A DNA stretch of 13,730 nucleotides from Candidatus Latescibacterota bacterium (lineage in GTDB: Bacteria; Latescibacterota; UBA2968). The position numbers and the translations under genes are program-made. Under the pieces are notes generated by a model. It saw only the letters and a program-made list of their open reading frames with translations. It searched no databases and was not told where the DNA came from. Below are positions 1 through 6,512 of the stretch, one piece after another; positions within the stretch are counted from its first letter, which is position 1, and every line of letters starts with the position of its first letter. The DNA is taken from the NCBI GenBank assembly GCA_038279365.1, contig JAYODI010000045.1:1-13730 (forward strand), read 5' to 3'.

Positions 1-2
1 CC

Positions 3-671
3 CATACCGTCACCATTCGTGTTCAAAACGGCCAAGGTGGAACAGATATGCAAGGGTTTGACCTGATCGTAATACCCGAAAGTCGATTTGAAAAAGACAT
101 TCAAGCATTTGAAAAACAAGATCAAACCGATCCTCCTCCAAAAAACGCAGTGCTCTTTTGGGGCAGTTCCTCATTTCGGTTGTGGCACACACTCAAAGAA
201 GACTTACCAAACCTTCCCATTATTAATCGAGGTTTTGGCGGCGCCCCCTTGCGCGATCTGATTCACTTTATGGATCGCATTGTTATCCCTCATCAACCTC
301 AAATAGTGGTGGTATATGGCGGCAGTATAGACTTGCACGATTTGGGATGCAGTCCTGAACAAGTTTTAGATCTCTTTAAACAATTTAAAAACGCCTTACA
401 CACCAAGCTTCCCAAAACCAAAATCTGCTACATCTCTATGAAACCCAGCATCAGCAAATGGAACACGATTCACCTCGACCAAGAAGCCAACCGCCTGATA
501 GCAGAATATGCTGGCAAAACAAACTTGGTTGAATTTGTCGACATATGGACACCCATGACACAAGGCAATACCCCACCACCCAAAGACTATTTTTTACCTG
601 ACCTCAATCATCCCAACCACAGCGCGTATAAACTCTGGGCAAAAATCATACGACCATTTATTGCCGAATAA
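3..671 (+). CDS. SGNH/GDSL-family hydrolase, probably 5'-partial, with an N-terminal Ig/cadherin-like (He_PIG-type) domain fragment
   Basis: SGNH blocks: LFWGSSS (block I Ser), NRGFGG (block II), YGGSID (deviant block III), DLNHP (block V DxxH). The frame is open from position 3 (HTVTIRVQNGQGGTD) into the ATG at 48, so the gene likely begins upstream of the window. Confidence 0.85.
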   Translation, partial: HTVTIRVQNGQGGTDMQGFDLIVIPESRFEKDIQAFEKQDQTDPPPKNAVLFWGSSSFRLWHTLKEDLPNLPIINRGFGGAPLRDLIHFMDRIVIPHQPQIVVVYGGSIDLHDLGCSPEQVLDLFKQFKNALHTKLPKTKICYISMKPSISKWNTIHLDQEANRLIAEYAGKTNLVEFVDIWTPMTQGNTPPPKDYFLPDLNHPNHSAYKLWAKIIRPFIAE

Positions 672-781
672 AGGATCCATCCCCCCGCGCACACAATCCA
701 CCACCAAAGGCATGTAAACAGCAACTATTCAATCACTTACACGCATGCCTCGTAAATAACACCGCGTATAGACAAAATGAT

Positions 782-819
782 GCCCCGTTCCTCACCTGAA
801 GGAACGGGGCTTAATTTTT
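782..819 (+). terminator. Putative intrinsic terminator downstream of the SGNH gene
   Basis: Perfect 11-bp stem GCCCCGTTCCT (782-792) / AGGAACGGGGC (800-810), 7-nt loop, followed by TTAATTTTT. Confidence 0.7.
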
Positions 820-1007
820 GGTATGCGATGCTTCCTTTTTTTATTACACTGGTAGCATTCTTACTGGCATCATCACCATTGAAAAACAATTCAGTCATCT
901 CCAGAACATCACGATGGCATAAATACTATCGCGACAACAATAAAGTTCTATAGATTAAAAAAACAAAAAGCCCAACCAAAGCCCGCTTATCACCAAAGGA
1001 AAATGCC

Positions 1008-1796
1008 TTGAGTCATGCATCTTTAAGTACCAAACAAATTCAACAGTTTAATGACAATGGGTATCTCATTGTTGAAAACACCTTCTCTCTTGCAGAAGTG
1101 GAAAAAATTCGAGACTGCATCAAAACCGACCCGCAACTGGCAGCCGAAGCCAAAACCAATCAAAACTATGAAGGTGAAGGCATTGGCACACGCTTGGTCA
1201 ATCGTCAACGTCTATCAGACGACATCTACAGTGCCTACGTACAAAGCAACCGCATCGTTGCCCCATTGGAACAAATCTTTGATGATAAAATCCAATATTA
1301 TTACCACCTCACCATGCTCAAAAACCCCAACACAGGTGGTTGGCAATGGCATCAGGATTATGGGTATCACTACAAAGAATTTTTTTACCCCAAATTTATC
1401 AGTGTTATGTTTGCCCTTGACCCAGCCACCAAAGAAAATGGATGCTTACGCGTGCTCAAAGGCTCTCATCACTTAGGCCGTTTGGAACACCAACAAAGCG
1501 GTTCACAACTCATTAGCAACCCAGAACGTACTGCCATTGCGTTAGAACACATGGAAGAAGTGTATTGTGAAATGTCACCTGGTTCCATCATGTTTTTTGA
1601 CGGCAACATCCTTCATGCCTCAGGCCCCAATCACAGTGAGCAATCGCGCTGGTCTTTTGTCATTTCTTATGTACCAGCATCCAACATCATTGTCATTCCC
1701 GACCCACCCGACGACTTGCTCACACCCATTGAACCGTGGTCAGATGAACAGGTACAAGCCGCTGCACAACGTTTTTGGGAAAGCTTGCGTTCGTGA
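1008..1796 (+). CDS. PhyH-family Fe(II)/2-oxoglutarate dioxygenase with canonical triad (proline/ectoine hydroxylase-like subgroup)
   Basis: N-terminal 'QFNDNGYLIV', WHQDYGY (H115, D117), 'ENGCLRVLKGSH', distal H203 in 'GNILHAS', R214 in 'RWS'. TTG start with AAGGA at 996-1000. Confidence 0.9.
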   Translation: MSHASLSTKQIQQFNDNGYLIVENTFSLAEVEKIRDCIKTDPQLAAEAKTNQNYEGEGIGTRLVNRQRLSDDIYSAYVQSNRIVAPLEQIFDDKIQYYYHLTMLKNPNTGGWQWHQDYGYHYKEFFYPKFISVMFALDPATKENGCLRVLKGSHHLGRLEHQQSGSQLISNPERTAIALEHMEEVYCEMSPGSIMFFDGNILHASGPNHSEQSRWSFVISYVPASNIIVIPDPPDDLLTPIEPWSDEQVQAAAQRFWESLRS

Positions 1797-1870
1797 ACCG
1801 ATTCGCCATTGCCGTGTAACACCCAAGAGAATCCGCTATTCAAAAAACACCCCAACAGGAGTTCCATCTT

Positions 1871-2416
1871 TTGAATAAAGACCGCATGCCCAAAAGACTC
1901 TCCAGAAAAACCATTGTCCAAAGCCCGTGGGTCAATCACCACATCGACCAAGTCGAATTTCCGGGTGGACGCATTGCCGATCAACATCACATACTCGAAC
2001 ACGATTCTGAAGCCGTTGCTGCACTCATTACCAATAGCACAGGTGACATCCTCATGATACAGGCGTATCGCTATGTTACCAACAGTGTTGAATGGGAAAT
2101 CCCTGCCGGACTAATCGACGCAGGTGAATCTGTTATCGAAGCGGGCAAACGCGAAGTATTTGAAGAAACAGGATATGAAGCAAGCGATCTCAAAATGTGC
2201 TACACCTATCACCCCATGAACGGCATCAGCAACAAAGTCTTCAATATCATCACAGGACGTGCATCTCATCGCACGGGTGACTTTGATATCAACGAAGTCA
2301 AATCAGTTACATGGCACACACCCGAAAAAATTCGTCAAATGATTGCCAACAACACCATCAAAGATGGTTACACCCTCACAGCATTATTGCTTCATCTGCT
2401 TCAACATAAACCATAA
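1871..2416 (+). CDS. Nudix hydrolase (ADP-ribose pyrophosphatase-like)
   Basis: Complete Nudix box GLIDAGESVIEAGKREVFEETGY, preceded by 'QAYRY...WEIPAG' and followed by a C-terminal 'IKDGYT' motif typical of ADPRase-like enzymes. AGGAG at 1857-1861 precedes TTG at 1871; ATG at 1886 is an alternative start. Confidence 0.9.
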   Translation: MNKDRMPKRLSRKTIVQSPWVNHHIDQVEFPGGRIADQHHILEHDSEAVAALITNSTGDILMIQAYRYVTNSVEWEIPAGLIDAGESVIEAGKREVFEETGYEASDLKMCYTYHPMNGISNKVFNIITGRASHRTGDFDINEVKSVTWHTPEKIRQMIANNTIKDGYTLTALLLHLLQHKP

Positions 2417-2467
2417 TGAACCGTTTCTGGATCTGTATCAACAGCATTCAAAAATGTAGGAGCCACT

Positions 2468-3268
2468 ATGAACGACGATGAAAAATACCTCTTTGACCTC
2501 AATGGTTATCTCGTTATAAAAAACGTATTAACCCAAGAAGAAATCAAACAAGCCAATGAGACCATTGATCGCCATCTCGACCAAGGCCGTATTCGCCCAC
2601 GCGAACAAAGCCTCTCGGGTGAATCACCAGCACTTGAAGGCAAACACGGGCGTGGCGAATTATCTGGCCTTGTCAACTGGGACGAACCCGACAGCACCCT
2701 CTTTCGCGACCTGCTTGCCCATCCACATATTGTACCCTACCTCAACGAAATGCTCGGTCCGGGCTTTCGTATGGATCATCAAATGTTTTTGCTCTGGATG
2801 GACAAAGGCGCAGAAGGATTTCGTTTTCACGGCTCTTCTGGTCCCGGCTTTGACCCCAACCAATATTACATTTTCAAAAATGGGAAAATGCACAATGGCC
2901 TCACTGTGGTCACCTTTCAACTCACCGACGTCAACCCCGGTGATGGTGGCCTCTGCCTCATACCTGGCAGTCACAAAAGCAATTATCCCTGCCCTGCCGA
3001 TATGAAATTGTATCTCAAACACCAAGAGCACATTCGCCACATCACTTGCAAAGCAGGCGATGTGGTCATCTTCTCAGAAGCCACCACCCACGGCACGCTG
3101 CCTTGGACGGCCGATCACCCGCGCCGCTCATTACTTACACGCTACACAGCAGGCAACATGTCTTATGTCAAACCTTATGACATACCCGAATGGGCCAATG
3201 AACGCCAACGAGCCGTTATGGAACCCCCTTATCACACACGGCTCAATCGCCCCACATTAGAAAAATAA
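2468..3268 (+). CDS. PhyH-family Fe(II)/2OG oxygenase with non-canonical H-G-S metal motif
   Basis: 'YLFDLNGYLV', 'DGGLCLIPGSHK', 'KAGDVVIFSEATTHGTLPW', 'RRSL'. Proximal motif is FHGS (H121, S123) and distal His is H208. AGGAG RBS at 2458-2462. Confidence 0.88.
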   Translation: MNDDEKYLFDLNGYLVIKNVLTQEEIKQANETIDRHLDQGRIRPREQSLSGESPALEGKHGRGELSGLVNWDEPDSTLFRDLLAHPHIVPYLNEMLGPGFRMDHQMFLLWMDKGAEGFRFHGSSGPGFDPNQYYIFKNGKMHNGLTVVTFQLTDVNPGDGGLCLIPGSHKSNYPCPADMKLYLKHQEHIRHITCKAGDVVIFSEATTHGTLPWTADHPRRSLLTRYTAGNMSYVKPYDIPEWANERQRAVMEPPYHTRLNRPTLEK

Positions 3269-3353
3269 GCCAATCATTCGTCGCATTTCACAGTCCCATA
3301 TAAAATTCACAACCACAGCTCACAACCTTCGCCAGCCCCACATAGGAGATAAA

Positions 3354-4199
3354 ATGGAACCCGAAATCATGAAAGAATGGGGTATTGCACGCATCGACAA
3401 AAACGTCATTTACGCCATGCACTCCGGTTTGGCCCTTTTGTTAGACATCTACCACCCCGAAACCCCCAATGGCTATGGTGCCGTTCACATCTCGGGCAGT
3501 GGGTGGAGTGCACCCTTAAGCCCCGATGCACGCCCCTTAAAAGAAGCAGGCCACGTAAATGCCGAAGCCTATCCGCTTGCCAAAGCGGGTTACACCATGT
3601 TCACCATCAATCACCGCGCCGCACCGCGTTTTCGTTACCCCGCCCCCGTGCTGGATTGCCAGCGCGCCGTGCGATGGATTCGCGCAAACGCATCAACTTA
3701 CAACATCAATGCCGAACGCATTGGTGCCATTGGTGGATCATCAGCCGGGCACTTGGTGGCCATGCTGGGTGTCTTAGAAGGTGAAGGAGACGCCACTTCA
3801 AGCAGTGAAGTGGAACGGCAATCGGCAAGCGTTCAATGTGTCATTGCACGGGCAGGTGTGTATCAATTTATTGGCAATGACCGCATCTCCCCTCTACTGG
3901 GCCTCACACCTCCCAAAGAAGACGATGGATCTCCCGAAGCCAAAGTGGCAATCGAAGCATCTCCAATCAACTATGTGTCGGCAAATACCCCGCCAATCTT
4001 GTTGGCACACGGCACCGAAGACAACATTGAAAGATCAGAAAATTTTCGTGACGCGCTCCAAAAAGCAGGTGCCACAGTCAAACTCTTTCCCATTGAAGGG
4101 GCAGGACATGGCCCTAATTACCCTGGCAGACAAATAGAAATGAGTGAAATTCAGGCAGAATATGTCGCCTGGTTTGATCAGCACCTTCGCCAATCGTAG
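3354..4199 (+). CDS. Alpha/beta hydrolase (esterase, HSL/BD-FAE-like)
   Basis: 'LLLDIYHP', oxyanion region 'ISGSGW', 'INHRAAP', nucleophile elbow G-S-S-A-G, 'AHGTED' (acid), 'GAGHG' (His). AGGAG RBS at 3344-3348. Confidence 0.9.
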   Translation: MEPEIMKEWGIARIDKNVIYAMHSGLALLLDIYHPETPNGYGAVHISGSGWSAPLSPDARPLKEAGHVNAEAYPLAKAGYTMFTINHRAAPRFRYPAPVLDCQRAVRWIRANASTYNINAERIGAIGGSSAGHLVAMLGVLEGEGDATSSSEVERQSASVQCVIARAGVYQFIGNDRISPLLGLTPPKEDDGSPEAKVAIEASPINYVSANTPPILLAHGTEDNIERSENFRDALQKAGATVKLFPIEGAGHGPNYPGRQIEMSEIQAEYVAWFDQHLRQS

Positions 4200-4233
4200 A
4201 GATGTATTGACCTGAAGCACCAGATCATTCAAA

Positions 4234-4273
4234 ACAAAAAAGCAGACCGTGACAACACGGTCTGCTTTTTTGT
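4234..4273. terminator. Bidirectional intrinsic terminator between convergent genes
   Basis: Perfect 18-bp inverted repeat ACAAAAAAGCAGACCGTG / CACGGTCTGCTTTTTTGT with a 4-nt loop (ACAA); 6-nt T-run on both strands. Confidence 0.9.
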
Positions 4274-4318
4274 ATCAAGCGAAATAATGGAGATTGAAAA
4301 ATTAATTTGGTAATCACC

Positions 4319-4508
4319 GCACTGGAATAAATTCCAGCGCTAAGATAGGGAATGTCCTACGGACTCAGGATCAAAAGCCCAATCAAATTATTGCCGATTT
4401 AATTAAACAATTTTCATAATTCCAGTGCTACGATAGGAGAAGTCCTATGGACTCAAGATCAAAACACAACAATGCCAATTTATTGAAACAAATACCATAA
4501 TGCCAGCG
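4319..4508. repeat. Degenerate tandem repeat with internal palindromes (REP/BIME-like)
   Basis: 47-nt units at 4330-4376 and 4418-4464 are 40/47 identical. Segments 4392-4425 and 4473-4506 are 27/34 identical. A partial third unit starts at 4499. Hairpin GCACTGGAAT-AA-ATTCCAGCGC at 4319-4340. The repeat is directly visible; the REP label is an inference. Confidence 0.8.
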
Positions 4509-4551
4509 ACAGACAAATTCTACAAATTCAAAACCCAAAAACCCAGCCATG

Positions 4552-5385
4552 TTATTCACGCCGAGGGCGTACCACCGTTTCGCCATCATCTTCTATTAAT
4601 GGGCGATTGTAAATATAAGGCGGTTCCAAAACGGCCTGTTGGGCTTCGGTCAACTCACTTACCCACTCGGGCTGTTGCGTTTTATACGTACCACCAGCAA
4701 AATGCAAATATTTAGGAGAATAACGATACAAAAGTGATCTTCGCTCTCCTTTGCCTTTCCACGGCAATGTCCCATGAATGGTCGCTTCATTAAAAATCAC
4801 CAAATCACCTGCTTTACACACGGGTTGATGGACAATCTCTTGATCTTCAGTCCACGTCCGTATACCTTCAGTTGATGGCAAATTGGCCTTATGGCTTCCG
4901 GGTATTGCGCAAAAACCGCCATCCCCCTCATTTACATCGGCCAACTGATATTGAAACACCACCATGCCACAACGCATTCGCCCGTTGTTATAGGTATAAT
5001 ATTGAGACCCATCAAAATGACGTGCTGTTGAGCCGTGCAAACGCAATCCTTCTGCGCCCACAGTAGATGTCAATATAAACGGGGAGTGATCCATCTTCCA
5101 GCCACGCCCCATCATCGTATTCAAATAAGGAATGATCTTAGGATGTGCCAGCAAATGTCTAAATGGCAAACAATGGGGATTCTCCCAAGTCAACATACCA
5201 CTAAACATTCCGCGCTTGAAGTCTCCATTCAAATTGCCCCCCGCCACTGAATTGCCATCTTCGCCCTTTTTGTCCATATTGGCGTCAACTGCAGCATTCA
5301 AAGCTGTCACTTCTTCAGTGCTTAAGAAATCACGCACCACCAAAAACCCTTGTAAATCAAACAAAAATTGCTCACGGTCTGTCAT
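4552..5385 (-). CDS. PhyH-family Fe(II)/2OG oxygenase with non-canonical H-G-S motif, paralogue of 2468-3268
   Basis: 'FLFDLQGFLV', 'LHGS' (H117, S119), 'DGGFCAIPGSHK', 'KAGDLVIFNEATIHGTLPW' (H204), 'RRSLL'. GGGAG RBS just upstream of the ATG. Confidence 0.88.
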   Translation of the reverse strand: MTDREQFLFDLQGFLVVRDFLSTEEVTALNAAVDANMDKKGEDGNSVAGGNLNGDFKRGMFSGMLTWENPHCLPFRHLLAHPKIIPYLNTMMGRGWKMDHSPFILTSTVGAEGLRLHGSTARHFDGSQYYTYNNGRMRCGMVVFQYQLADVNEGDGGFCAIPGSHKANLPSTEGIRTWTEDQEIVHQPVCKAGDLVIFNEATIHGTLPWKGKGERRSLLYRYSPKYLHFAGGTYKTQQPEWVSELTEAQQAVLEPPYIYNRPLIEDDGETVVRPRRE

Positions 5386-5432
5386 TTGTCACTCCCAAGT
5401 AGAACAGTGATATAACCATCATTTTCGCGCAC

Positions 5433-5461
5433 AACTTAGAATGTCTTACATGCCTTGTCAA
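5433..5461 (-). promoter_or_regulatory. Sigma70-type promoter for the PhyH gene at 4552-5385
   Basis: Minus strand reads TTGACA (5461-5456), a 17-nt spacer, then TAAGTT (5438-5433). It lies immediately after the oxidase-operon terminator and about 50 nt before the ATG. Confidence 0.7.
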
Positions 5462-5465
5462 CCAC

Positions 5466-5503
5466 AAAAAAAAGCGGAGAAACTCGAAAGTTCCTCCGCT
5501 TTT
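5466..5503 (-). terminator. Intrinsic terminator of the ACIII-caa3 operon
   Basis: Minus-strand RNA GCGGAGGAACU-UUCG-AGUUUCUCCGC followed by U8. The single imperfect pair is G-U only on the minus strand. It lies about 20 nt after the subunit IV stop. Confidence 0.88.
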
Positions 5504-5523
5504 AATTTTTTGATATGTGTTGT

Positions 5524-5847
5524 CTATTGGATTGACAAATAATAACTGGCTGGTGCGCCTAACCAACCTCGGCTGAGGTAGTCGGCCATCGTAAAGGCAA
5601 ACAAAATCAGCAAAAATAAGAACCCAGCCCCCACAAACAACCAAACCAAACGACTGGAATATTTGACGTGCATAAAAAAGATGATCACAACCAAGGCCTT
5701 CGAGCAGGCAATAAGCATGGCAACAAAGTCACCATAAGGACCCAAGTCTTGATATGCTGCCCATACTGTCAGTGCCGTCAAAACCATAAGCGTTGCAAAA
5801 ACTGACAGATAAACGCCGACAGATGGAGAATTGTGATGGTCAGCCAT
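5524..5847 (-). CDS. ctaF: caa3-type cytochrome c oxidase subunit IV
   Basis: Three hydrophobic helices with 'KALVVIIFFMHVKY' and 'TMADYLSR'. Start placed at ATG 5847 (MADHH...), which overlaps the subunit III stop as TAATG, not at 5913. Confidence 0.88.
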   Translation of the reverse strand: MADHHNSPSVGVYLSVFATLMVLTALTVWAAYQDLGPYGDFVAMLIACSKALVVIIFFMHVKYSSRLVWLFVGAGFLFLLILFAFTMADYLSRGWLGAPASYYLSIQ

Positions 5848-6512
5848 TAGTGTCTTCCCAAAAGATAAAGAAGTGGAAACAAGAAAATCCAAACAATATC
5901 CACAAAGTGCCAATAAAGACCAAAGACTTCAATCGGCGCATTGTATTCAGCGGTATAAGTACCTTTAGCGGTTTTCACCAACAGCCAAATCAACAACCCT
6001 GCACCGATAATCATATGTAAAGCATGCATCCCTGTCATACCAAAATAAAGCGAGAAAAACAATGCCAACTGAGGAGAGTTTTCACCGTGTGGATGCCAAG
6101 CCAAACCAGGAACCAAACCATGCTCAAACTTTGCAGCATACTCAAAATATTTAACACCTAAAAAAACAGATCCCAAAATCAATGTTGCAATTAAATAAAA
6201 TAGAATACCGTTTTTCTTGCCTTCATGCCCTTTATGCACCGCCATTGCCATGGTCAAACTGCTTAAAATCAGTACAGCCGTATTGAAAGTACCCATAGGA
6301 ATATCAAGGTGATGGCTACCTTCCATAAAGGCAATAGGATACTGTGTACGATATACCAAATAAGTGGCAAAATACCCACCGAAAAACAATATTTCGGTAA
6401 TTAGAAAACTCCACATCCCCAACAACACAGACTCTTTTTGTTGGGCCATGTCCTCAAACTGATGTGCCAACCCATATGGATGGTGTTCGTGATGGTCAAC
6501 ATGCTCAGCCAT
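5847..6512 (-). CDS. ctaE: Cytochrome c oxidase subunit III (short 5-TM form)
   Basis: 'GMWSFLITEILFFGG', 'NTAVLILSS', 'FGMTGMHALHM', 'GLYWHFVDIVWIFLFPLLYL'. Start overlaps the subunit I stop (TAATG). Confidence 0.95.
   Translation of the reverse strand: MAEHVDHHEHHPYGLAHQFEDMAQQKESVLLGMWSFLITEILFFGGYFATYLVYRTQYPIAFMEGSHHLDIPMGTFNTAVLILSSLTMAMAVHKGHEGKKNGILFYLIATLILGSVFLGVKYFEYAAKFEHGLVPGLAWHPHGENSPQLALFFSLYFGMTGMHALHMIIGAGLLIWLLVKTAKGTYTAEYNAPIEVFGLYWHFVDIVWIFLFPLLYLLGRH

Noticed and set aside
828-953. 41-aa small ORF with hydrophobic N-terminus (MLPFFITLVAFLLASS...)
   Set aside because: No RBS, it starts right after a terminator in T-rich DNA that yields hydrophobic codons by chance, and it has no recognisable motif.
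1008-1796. Calling this gene ectD or a proline 4-hydroxylase
   Set aside because: The EctD signature (FxWHSDFETWH) is absent and no ect genes are nearby; WHQDYGY suggests the subgroup but not the substrate.
4350-4372. Hammerhead ribozyme (minus-strand TGAGTCCGTAGGAC resembles stem II)
   Set aside because: The catalytic core CUGANGA and the GAAA after stem II are missing in both copies.
4330-4508. Mini CRISPR array (47-nt repeats with 34-41 nt spacers)
   Set aside because: The would-be spacers resemble each other, the repeats differ at 7 of 47 positions, there are only two full copies, and no cas gene is in the window.
4428-4550. 40-aa minus-strand ORF (MAGFLGFEF...) starting just after the PhyH stop
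   Set aside because: It runs through the repeat region, has no recognisable features, and the repeat copies do not keep a common frame (88-nt period).
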